A model generated the notes under the pieces. That model made no database searches. It worked only from the letters and a program-made list of their open reading frames with translations, and was not told the origin of the DNA. Positions 36,584-46,000 of a DNA stretch of 64,000 nt are shown one piece after another (the stretch's first letter is position 1; the number at the start of each line of letters is the position of its first letter). The position numbers and the translations under genes are program-made. The DNA comes from a virus. The DNA is taken from IMG/VR virus record IMGVR_UViG_3300036985_009306, positions 1 through 64,000 of that record, one strand, 5' to 3'.

Positions 36584-37210
36584 ATGGCGAATGGAGTTTA
36601 TAAAATAACAGAAGATTTTGAAGAAGCATTATCTAAATATACTTGTTCTCCTTATGTAGTTGTGCTTGATAATATGAGTAATGCTTTATTTCTTTCATTG
36701 TATTATGAGAATATAAGAGGAAAAACCATAACTATTCCTAATAGAACTTATCCATCTGTTCCTTGTGAAATTATACATGCAGGAGGGAAAGTTAATTTTA
36801 GACATGTAGAAGGAAAAACTTTAAAAGGAGCATATTCATTGGAAGGGTCTAAAACTTGGGATAGTGCATTAAGATTCACATACAATATGTACATTCCAAA
36901 AACATTTATGTGTATAAGTTTTACAGGTCCTTATAAACATTTGAAACTTAGCAAGGGAGGTGCAATATTGACTGATGATTATATTGCATATTTATGGTTT
37001 AAAAGAGCTAGATATTCTGGCAGAAGAGAATGTTCATACCATGATGATAACTTAGATATGTTAGGATGGAACTTTTATATGATGCCTGAATTAGCTGCAA
37101 GAGGGTTGTTATTAATGAATCAGTTTTACTTAGGTGAAACACCTAAAGTTAATGAAGATCTTGAATTGCCATATCCAGATTTGTCTAAATTTGTTATCTA
37201 TCAACAATAG
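36584..37210 (+). CDS. short DegT/DnrJ/EryC1/StrS PLP-dependent sugar aminotransferase
   Basis: FEEAL...NALFLSL...TYPSVP...WDSA...SFTGPYKHL...GGAILTDD...GWNFYM. Confidence 0.8.
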   Translation: MANGVYKITEDFEEALSKYTCSPYVVVLDNMSNALFLSLYYENIRGKTITIPNRTYPSVPCEIIHAGGKVNFRHVEGKTLKGAYSLEGSKTWDSALRFTYNMYIPKTFMCISFTGPYKHLKLSKGGAILTDDYIAYLWFKRARYSGRRECSYHDDNLDMLGWNFYMMPELAARGLLLMNQFYLGETPKVNEDLELPYPDLSKFVIYQQ

Positions 37211-37213
37211 CAT

Positions 37214-38488
37214 ATGAAAAATGTTTTAGTATTTCCTTGTGGTTCTGAAATTGGACTTGAAGTAAATCGTGCATTAACTAATTCAACACATTTTACTTTA
37301 TTTGGAGGAAATAGTGTCAATGATCACGGAAAATATGTTTATAGAAATTATATTGCAGATCTTCCTGACATTGAAGAAAAAAATTTTATAGAAGAAATTA
37401 ACAGAGTTATAGATGAATTCAAGATTGATTTTATTATACCTTCTCATGATTCTGTAATCTTAAAAATGGCTCAAAACCAACAAAATATCAAAGCAACAAT
37501 AATTACGTCATGTGTAGAAACATGTGAAGTTTGTAGATCAAAAGCAAAGACTTATAAATTATTTGAAAAAAATATTGAAACACCCAAAGTTTATTCTTTA
37601 AAAGAAGAAATCAAATTTCCTGTTTTTTTAAAACCTGATGTGGGACAAGGAACAAAAGGGACATATAAAGCAAATAAAAAAGAAGAAATAGATTTTTATT
37701 TAAAGAAAGATTCTACATTACTTATATTAGAATATTTATCTGGGAAAGAATATACAGTTGATTGTTTTACTAATAAAAATGGAAGATTATTATTTGCTAC
37801 TGGAAGAGAAAGAATAAGAATTAATAATGGTATAAGTGTAAATTCTAAAGAATTATTTGATAATAGGTTTCAAGAAATTGCAACAATTATAAATAATACA
37901 TTGTCTTTTCAAGGTTCTTGGTTTTATCAAGTTAAAGAAAGATCTACTGATGAGCTTGTTTTAATGGAAATTGCTCCCAGAATTGCTGGAACATCTGCAT
38001 TATTTAGAGTAAAAGGAGTCAATTTTGTACAATTAAGTTTGTTTGATAAGATGGGTGTTGATGTAAGTATTTTATGCAATAATTTTGATGCTGAAATAGA
38101 TCGTGCTTTATTTTCAAGATTTTCTTCAAATGTTTGTTATGATTATGTGTATATAGATTTTGATGATACGATTATTGTAAATAATTTAGTGAATACTGAC
38201 ATTATGAAATTTCTTTATCAATCTAAAAATAATGGGAAAAAAATAGTTTTACTTTCAAAGCATAAACAAGACATCAAACAGAGTCTAAGTAATTTTTCAA
38301 TCAGTGATTTATTATTTGATGAAATAATCATTTTGAAGGATGATGAGAATAAATATGAACATATTACTGAATTAAGCTCTATATTCATTGATGATTCATT
38401 TTCTGAAAGAAAAACAATATACGACAAATTTCATATACCAGTTTTTGGATTAGATAGTATTGAATTTTTATTGCTTTGGAAAGTTTGA
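37214..38488 (+). CDS. ATP-grasp ligase fused to a C-terminal HAD-like domain
   Basis: FPVFLKPDVGQG, EYLSGKEYTVD, EIAPRIAG; C-terminal YIDFDDT. Confidence 0.8.
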   Translation: MKNVLVFPCGSEIGLEVNRALTNSTHFTLFGGNSVNDHGKYVYRNYIADLPDIEEKNFIEEINRVIDEFKIDFIIPSHDSVILKMAQNQQNIKATIITSCVETCEVCRSKAKTYKLFEKNIETPKVYSLKEEIKFPVFLKPDVGQGTKGTYKANKKEEIDFYLKKDSTLLILEYLSGKEYTVDCFTNKNGRLLFATGRERIRINNGISVNSKELFDNRFQEIATIINNTLSFQGSWFYQVKERSTDELVLMEIAPRIAGTSALFRVKGVNFVQLSLFDKMGVDVSILCNNFDAEIDRALFSRFSSNVCYDYVYIDFDDTIIVNNLVNTDIMKFLYQSKNNGKKIVLLSKHKQDIKQSLSNFSISDLLFDEIIILKDDENKYEHITELSSIFIDDSFSERKTIYDKFHIPVFGLDSIEFLLLWKV

Positions 38489-38493
38489 TTTAA

Positions 38494-39489
38494 ATGCAAG
38501 ATAAAAAACAAAAAAAATTCTATAAAGAATTGAGCAATATTGTACCTGTAAATCCTAAATCAATAAATTTAGAGTTAACTAATAACTGTAATTTAAGATG
38601 TATTTTTTGTCTTAATTCTTTGCATAACTTCAGAAAAAAAGGATTCATGAGTGATGAAATTTTTTACAAATTAATTAATGAAGCATCTGAGGATACAACT
38701 ATAATTATATGTGGAATAGGAGAACCAACTTTACATAATAAGTTTGATGAATATGTTACAAAATTATCTGATAAATTTAAAAACATATTTTTAGTTACCA
38801 ATGGTCACTTTGAGAACAAAAGAATAAGAACAATATTGAACTCAAATATAACAAAAGTGACTTTTTCATTAGATTTTTTTGATAAAGATGCTTATTGTTC
38901 TAATAAAAATGGCAAAATTGATAAGGTGATAAAAAATATTGAATCTTTGTTAAAATTGCGGGGTTCAAGGAACATGCCGATTTTGCAGATAAATATGTTA
39001 ATGGAAAAAGGAAAAGAAAAACAAATCAAAGATTGTTTATTGTATTTTAATGCTATTTTGGGAAAAGATGATTTTGTTTATAGCAGAAATGTTAAATCAC
39101 TTTCTGAACAAATAAAAGTTGAAACAATTGATAATTATGAAGATTGGTTAAGTCTTGAGAAAATTAAAAAGATAATTTCTAAAGATGTCAATACAGATAA
39201 GTATTTTGTAGAAAATTGGTGTAATTTTTTAGGTTTAGAAGAACCATTATCATCTAGGCAAGTATGTAGACATCCTTTTATTTATGCTATGGTATTATAT
39301 GACGGAAGAGTTGTTTTTTGTTGTATTGATTTTAATGCAAAGATGATAGCGGGTGATTTAAAGTTTGAAAGTTTGCAAGAAATATGGAATGGGAAAAAAT
39401 ATAATAATTTTAGATCGGATATGATTAATTTTAGATTTGATGCTCACCCATTATGTATAAATTGTACCGAATGGTATAAACAAAAATAA
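38494..39489 (+). CDS. radical SAM enzyme with a SPASM/twitch domain
   Basis: LELTNNCNLRCIFC; GEPTLH; CRHPF...DGRVVFCC...IWNG...CINC. Confidence 0.9.
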   Translation: MQDKKQKKFYKELSNIVPVNPKSINLELTNNCNLRCIFCLNSLHNFRKKGFMSDEIFYKLINEASEDTTIIICGIGEPTLHNKFDEYVTKLSDKFKNIFLVTNGHFENKRIRTILNSNITKVTFSLDFFDKDAYCSNKNGKIDKVIKNIESLLKLRGSRNMPILQINMLMEKGKEKQIKDCLLYFNAILGKDDFVYSRNVKSLSEQIKVETIDNYEDWLSLEKIKKIISKDVNTDKYFVENWCNFLGLEEPLSSRQVCRHPFIYAMVLYDGRVVFCCIDFNAKMIAGDLKFESLQEIWNGKKYNNFRSDMINFRFDAHPLCINCTEWYKQK

Positions 39490-39509
39490 TTATAACAGAA
39501 GGAATAAAA

Positions 39510-40256
39510 ATGCTTTGTGATGAGAAAAAATTTCTTGATAGTATGTATTCTACTTATAGACTTAAAATGTCTTCACAAAATAGGATAATTAGAGAATTAG
39601 TAATAAAAAACATCATGCCATATATTGAGATTGATAAGTTTGTAGGTTTGCAATTGGGATGTGCAGATGGATATGAGACTAAATTACTTGCTAAATTATT
39701 GAAACAATTAGATGTTCTTGAGGGTTCAACAAAATTTATTAATGATGTCCGAAAAAAAAATATATCAAAAGTTGATTTAATTTATTCATTATTTGAAGAA
39801 TTTCAAACACCAAAAGATAAAAAATATGATATTGTTTTTGCAACATTTGTGCTTGAACATGTTTTTGATCCAACTTTGTTGTTAAAAAAAATAAGAAATG
39901 TTCTTAATGAAAATGGTCTGCTTTATATTGTTGTTCCAAATGCTAGAGCATTATCACGACAATTGGCTCTTCATATGGGAATTTTAAAAAATTTATATGA
40001 GTTAACTCCAAATGATTTAGGACATGGACACAGACGTGTTTTTGATCGTAATTCTCTGAATAAATTATTAGAATCATGTAATTTTCAGACAATTGCTCAA
40101 AGTGGAATTATGTTAAAAATACTAGCTGATTTTCAAATGGATAAGCTTATTGATTCTAATATTCTTAAATCTGAACATATAAATGGGTTATATTCTCTTG
40201 GTTTAGAGCATCCTGATCTTTGTGGTGCAATTTACAGTATTTGTAAAAATGTTTGA
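39510..40256 (+). CDS. class I SAM-dependent methyltransferase
   Basis: LQLGCADG; FVLEHV; IVVPNA. Confidence 0.85.
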   Translation: MLCDEKKFLDSMYSTYRLKMSSQNRIIRELVIKNIMPYIEIDKFVGLQLGCADGYETKLLAKLLKQLDVLEGSTKFINDVRKKNISKVDLIYSLFEEFQTPKDKKYDIVFATFVLEHVFDPTLLLKKIRNVLNENGLLYIVVPNARALSRQLALHMGILKNLYELTPNDLGHGHRRVFDRNSLNKLLESCNFQTIAQSGIMLKILADFQMDKLIDSNILKSEHINGLYSLGLEHPDLCGAIYSICKNV

Positions 40257-40291
40257 ACTTTTTAAATTTTCTTGTCATGAGAGAAAAGCAA

Positions 40292-41179
40292 ATGATAACA
40301 TTTAGTAATTTAGGAGCTTTTGGAAGATTAGGTAATCAATTGTTTCAATATGCGATATTATTATCAGTTGGTGCAGAAAATGATTATGAAGTAAAAATAC
40401 CGAAACTTGATGATAAAGAATGGCATGGACAAAAGTGTTTATTAAAAAATTTTAATATCAAAGCAAAGACATTAGATTGTAATGACGTAATAAAATATTT
40501 TTATAATGAATTAGAACGTTCAAAAGGTCTATATGATCCAACAGTAGGTCTATATGATCCAACAGTTTTTAATGTCCCTGACAATTCAGATTTATTTGGA
40601 TATTTTGGTGATTATCGATATTTAAAAAAACATGAAGATTTGATAATAAATGAGATGTCCCTTAAAGAGAATATTTTAGAAAAAAATAGAAAAAGGTTTT
40701 TTGAAATAAAACAAAAATATGCTGATTGTTTAATAATTTCACTTCATATAAGACGTGGTGATACTGCTTTAGATATGTATAGTAAAAAAGAAACTCTTGA
40801 AATACTTGACATTAATTCTCCTTGGCAAATATATTTCTCTAATGCAAGGAAGATGTTTGACAATAAAAAATGTAAATTTTTAGTTTTTACAGGAGGATCA
40901 CATTCTAACAATAATGAGCTTGATTATATATGGTGCAAGAGAAATTTGAAAGGTGATGAATTTATTTATTGTGATGATAATATTGATAATCCGATAGATG
41001 ATTTTGCTATGATGTACCTTTGTGACGCACATATTTTATCTGCATCATCAACATTAAGTTGGTGGGTTGGGTTTTTAGACAAAAAAAATGATAAGATTAC
41101 TATTGCACCTGAAAAATATTGGTTTTTAACAAAAGCAATGCATGAAGGATTTTATCCTGATAATTTTATTTTAGTATAA
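40292..41179 (+). CDS. GT11 alpha-1,2-fucosyltransferase-like
   Basis: GRLGNQLFQYA, SLHIRRGD, STLSWW; start reassigned to ATG 40292. Confidence 0.88.
   Translation: MITFSNLGAFGRLGNQLFQYAILLSVGAENDYEVKIPKLDDKEWHGQKCLLKNFNIKAKTLDCNDVIKYFYNELERSKGLYDPTVGLYDPTVFNVPDNSDLFGYFGDYRYLKKHEDLIINEMSLKENILEKNRKRFFEIKQKYADCLIISLHIRRGDTALDMYSKKETLEILDINSPWQIYFSNARKMFDNKKCKFLVFTGGSHSNNNELDYIWCKRNLKGDEFIYCDDNIDNPIDDFAMMYLCDAHILSASSTLSWWVGFLDKKNDKITIAPEKYWFLTKAMHEGFYPDNFILV
40525..40566 (+). repeat. perfect 21-bp tandem duplication (GLYDPTV x2)
   Basis: aggtctatatgatccaacagt occurs twice in tandem. Confidence 0.9.
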
Positions 41180-41182
41180 ATT

Positions 41183-41854
41183 ATGAAATTAGAAGACATA
41201 AGAATACATTGTATAGGAGATAGTCATGTTTCAGTTTTTACAGGAAAAGATACAATAAGCAAAGGTTGGCCTTGTCCACAAGATTCAATACAATATTTTC
41301 ATACTTATTGGCTTGGACCAGTATTAGCATATAATCTTTATTCTGTTGGACATCAATCAAGGTTGAATTTGTTTAATGTTTTAGAAAGTATTTCTAAAAG
41401 TGATTATGTGATGCTTTGTGCAGGAGAAATTGATTGTAGGATGCATTTGATTAGACAAAAAGAATTACAAAACAAATCATTAGAAGAAATTGTACAAGAA
41501 TGTGTATGTAGATATTTTCAAGTGATTTTAGAAATAAAAAATATGGGATTTAAAGTGATAATATGGGGAGTACCAGGTACAGCAAATATTGATTGTTTTG
41601 AATTAAAAGATAAAAATACTTTTCCTCATTATGGCACGTATAAGGAAAGAAATCAGGCTACAAAAATTTTTAATAACAAAATAGAATATTTATGTAAATT
41701 AAATGATGTTTTATTTTTATCTATTTTTGATGATCTAATTGATGACAATGGAAAAACTAAAATAACAGAATATTATATGGATGAGTTTCATGTAAGTCAG
41801 AAAGTAATGCCTTTGATAATTAGTAAACTTAAAAATGTTTTAAACAAAGAATGA
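41183..41854 (+). CDS. SGNH/GDSL hydrolase-fold protein (possible acyl transfer or removal on glycan)
   Basis: IGDSH, GEIDCR, DEFH motifs. Confidence 0.75.
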   Translation: MKLEDIRIHCIGDSHVSVFTGKDTISKGWPCPQDSIQYFHTYWLGPVLAYNLYSVGHQSRLNLFNVLESISKSDYVMLCAGEIDCRMHLIRQKELQNKSLEEIVQECVCRYFQVILEIKNMGFKVIIWGVPGTANIDCFELKDKNTFPHYGTYKERNQATKIFNNKIEYLCKLNDVLFLSIFDDLIDDNGKTKITEYYMDEFHVSQKVMPLIISKLKNVLNKE

Positions 41855-42564
41855 GATGTTTTATGAATAAAGAACAATATGAAAATCAATTTATACTTTT
41901 TAAAGAGAAATCTAAATTGGATGAAAGATTTGTTGTTGAAGAAACAAATAAATACATGATATTGAATGAAGACACTTACAAGTGTTCATATGATCAACAT
42001 TACATATATCATACTGCTTGGGCTGCACGTAGAATTTGTGAAAATAAACCCAAAAAACATGTAGATATTTCATCTTCTATTTATTTTTCAACTATTGTTT
42101 CTGCTTTTGTACCTGTAGATTTTTTTGATTATCGTCCTGTTGAACTTGATTTAGAAAACTACAATTCTGGAAAAGCTGATTTGACATGTTTACCTCATTC
42201 TGATAATAGTATACAGTCTTTATCTTGTATGCATGTTTTAGAGCATATTGGTTTAGGAAGATATGGAGATGCAATAGATCCTTTAGGAGATATTGTTGCT
42301 GCAAATGAATTAAAAAGAGTATTGGCTCCTGGAGGAATTCTTTATATGGTTTTACCAGTAGCATCAATAAATAAGATATGTTTTAATGCTCATAGAATTT
42401 ATTCTTTTAAAAGCGTACTTTCTCTTTTTAATGGATTGGTTTTAAAAAGTAATACTTTACTTTCATTATTTTCTAATAAAAGTGCTTTTATAAAAAATGC
42501 TTCAGAAAATGACTATAACCAACAAACTTATGGTTGTGGTTGTTTTGAGTTTCAAAAAATATAG
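41851..42564 (+). CDS. DUF268-like SAM methyltransferase
   Basis: HYIYHTAWA, HVDISS, SLSCMHVLEHIGLGRYGD.IDP.GD, FNAHRIY. Confidence 0.8.
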   Translation: MRCFMNKEQYENQFILFKEKSKLDERFVVEETNKYMILNEDTYKCSYDQHYIYHTAWAARRICENKPKKHVDISSSIYFSTIVSAFVPVDFFDYRPVELDLENYNSGKADLTCLPHSDNSIQSLSCMHVLEHIGLGRYGDAIDPLGDIVAANELKRVLAPGGILYMVLPVASINKICFNAHRIYSFKSVLSLFNGLVLKSNTLLSLFSNKSAFIKNASENDYNQQTYGCGCFEFQKI

Positions 42565-42575
42565 AAAAATTTGTT

Positions 42576-43085
42576 ATGCCTGCAACTATAGAAACTTATT
42601 GTATAGCATATGAATTTTCAACTAAATCCACTTTTCTTGAATTGGGTGGATTTTTAGGTGATGGAATATTGAAAGCACTTAATGTAGGTTTTAAAAATGT
42701 GATTTCTGTAGAATTATCAGAAGATTTATGTATGTTTTTAAAAAAAAGGTTTGTAAGTGATAAAAAAGTTATGATTGTACAAGGGGATGTTGAAAATGTA
42801 TTACCCGACATAATTAAAGACTTGAATGAACCATGTGCTATTATGTTAGATGCGCATTATAGTGGAAATGGTACAGTACGAGGTATTCATGATGACCCCA
42901 TAATTGAAGAACTTAGCATAATTGGTAGTAGTAAATTTAAAAATCATGTTTTAATGATAGATGATATGAGACTTCTTAATGATGAACAAATAAGAAAAAA
43001 AGTGCTTGAAATAAATCAAAATTATACTTTTATGTATGCTGAAGGTCACGTGAAAGATGATGTTCTCATCTGTTACATGAAATAA
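42576..43085 (+). CDS. small SAM methyltransferase-like protein
   Basis: FLELGGFLGDG, LDAHYSG, IDD.R. Confidence 0.75.
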   Translation: MPATIETYCIAYEFSTKSTFLELGGFLGDGILKALNVGFKNVISVELSEDLCMFLKKRFVSDKKVMIVQGDVENVLPDIIKDLNEPCAIMLDAHYSGNGTVRGIHDDPIIEELSIIGSSKFKNHVLMIDDMRLLNDEQIRKKVLEINQNYTFMYAEGHVKDDVLICYMK

Positions 43086-43089
43086 TAAA

Positions 43090-46000
43090 ATGAATATATC
43101 TATTGTAATCCCAGTTCATAATCAATGTCAATTGTTGCAAAATTGCATAAACTCTATTTTTGAAAAAACAAATACTGAGTTTCAAATTATTATTGTAAAT
43201 GATGGTTCTGATGAACAAACAACGAAATTTTGTCATCAACTTTATGAAACAAAGAAAATCAAGAAACTAGTTCATAATCCTGTTGCAAAAGGATTTAGTG
43301 AAAGTTGCAATCAAGGAATTGTTGCAAGTCAAGATTCTGATTATATTTGTCTTTTAAATTCTGACACAAAAATAGTCACAAAAAATTGGTTAGAAAAAGT
43401 GATTTTATGTGGAGAAAGTGATGAAAAAATAGGATGTCTTGGAGTATTATCTAATTGTGCAACTTGGCAATCTATAGGTAAAAACTTTGTCAAAGAAAGT
43501 GAAATACAAAAATATGGTGATTTGATCGTTTCTCTTTCAGAAAATCAATATCCCAGAACTAATTTGATTAATGGATTTTGTTTTTTTATTAAAACTAATG
43601 TTCAAAAACAAGTTGGACTTTTAGATGTTCAAGTTTTCCCTCATTATGGAAGTGAAGATGATTTTGCTTTAAGAATTAGACAAAAAGGATATGAGCTGGC
43701 AATTGTTGATAATGTCTATGTCTATCACTATTCTAATCAGTCTTATAAAGAAAAAAGAGAAAAAATAATGCATTATTCTTTGCCCAATTTATTAAAGAAA
43801 TGGGGAAACAAAAGAATAGTTCAAGATACAAATGTGTCAAATAATTCATTAAATTATTTAAAAAAGAAAATCAATGAATATTTTTCTTCTATGTCTTGTG
43901 ACATTATTATTGTTGTTCATAATGCTTTATCATATCTTAAAAAATGTATAGAAAGTATTCAAAAATACACTGATTATGAGCATAATATCTTTATTGTAGA
44001 TAATAACTCAAATGAAGAAACTAAATCTTATTTAAAAAGTCTTAAACATGTTCAAATTATTTCAAATAAGAAAAACTATGGTTTTGGTTATTCTAACAAT
44101 CAAGCAATAAGAAAATCAAAATCTAAATATGTATGTTTTTTAAACAGTGATACGATAGTTACGAAGAACTGGTTGACAAATTTGATTGAGTGTTTAGAAA
44201 AAAATAATGCAGGAATTGTAGGTCCAATTTCAAATGAAGTATCATCTGAACTACAAAAGGTAGATTATCTTTATGATGATAATGATGAAAATATTCAAGA
44301 TTTTGCAGAAAAAAGATACTTACAATATAAAGACAAAGTTGCAGAGTATAACAGACTTATTGGCTTTTGCATGGTCATGAAGAGAGAAGTCTTACAGAAG
44401 ACAGGATGTTTTGATGATAGATATAGATTTAATTTTGAAGATGATGATTTATGTTTAAGAACTGTAGAACAGGGATATAGACTTTATTGTTCATTTGGTG
44501 TATTTATATATCATTATGCAGGACAATCATTTAAAGAAAAATCAATAAACGTAGACTATAATAATATGCTTGAAACTAGTAGAGACTTATACAAAAAGAA
44601 ATGGTATGAAACTCAAAAAATAAAGTTTATTAATGAAAAAAAAGATAATATTTCAATAATCTATCTTTTAGAGTCAAATTCACCAAGTGGTGGAGTTAAA
44701 GTTGTTTTTGAACATGCAAATAGACTTAAAGATAGAGGTTATAATGTAAAGATATATTGTAGAAGAAATGAAACAGGAACAAATTGGTTTGATTTATATA
44801 CACCTATTGTCTATTTTTCTGAACCTCAAGAAGTTCCTCATTGTGACATTGCAATAGGTACCTATTTTACTACACTTCCTATTCTCCAAAAGATTAATAG
44901 TTCTATTAAAATTCATCTTTGTCAAGGATATGAAGCTTCTCTTTATGACAAAGTCAAAGAAAAAATGTTAATTTCTACTATACAAGATAATTATAAAAGT
45001 ATTAAAGAAAAAATAGTAGTCTCTAAATGGTTAAAAGAAATAATTGATAAAGAATACAAAATAGATTCTTATTATGTACCAAATGGTCTTGATCAATATG
45101 TGTTTTCATTTTCAAAACATCAAAGAAATAGAACACCGAGAATTCTTATTGTAGGAAATTATGGGCTTCAAATTAAAGGAGTAGCAATAGCTTTAAAAGC
45201 TGCAGAAGAATATTTAAAAGCTCATTCTCGTAATGAACCAATAATGCATCGTCAAGTTTATACAGCAATAAAAATTGTTAATAAAAAAGTTCAAGGAACG
45301 ATTGTAAGACTTGCATCTGAAAAAACTCAATTTGATGATAAATGTGAATTTCATGATATGTCAAAGATGACACAAGATGAGATTGCTAAAGTTTATGAAT
45401 CTTGTGATGTAACTCTTTGTGCCTCTTATAAAGTTGAAGGTTTTAGTTTACCACCTTTAGAATCTATGGCTAGTGGAACTCCTGTAATAACAACAGACTG
45501 TGGGGGTATAAATGATTATGCAATAAATAATGAAAATTCAATTATTGTACCTCCTGGTGATGTAAAAGCATTACAACAAGGTCTTGAGATGGTATTATCT
45601 AATAACGAGTTGTATTCTCGTTTGGTAGAGAATGGTTTAAAAACAGCCAATGAATATCCATGGTATAAACAAATAGATATACTTGAGGGATTTCTGCATA
45701 GGCTCTATTATAAACAAATTGCTCTGAGTAGAGAACAGCTGTCTGTATGTATGATTGTAAAGAATGAGCAATTGTGTTTAGCAAATTGTTTGGAATCTAT
45801 TAAGGGTCTTGCAAACGAAATAATAATTGTAGATACTGGTTCTACGGATGACACTATAAGAATAGCTAAAAGTTTTGGAGCAAAAATTTTTCATTTTGAG
45901 TGGATTGATGATTTCTCTGCTGCTAGAAATTTTGCTCTAGAAAAAGTGACTCAGTCTTGGACTTTTATTCTGGATGCTGATGAAGTAATAAGTCCAGTAG

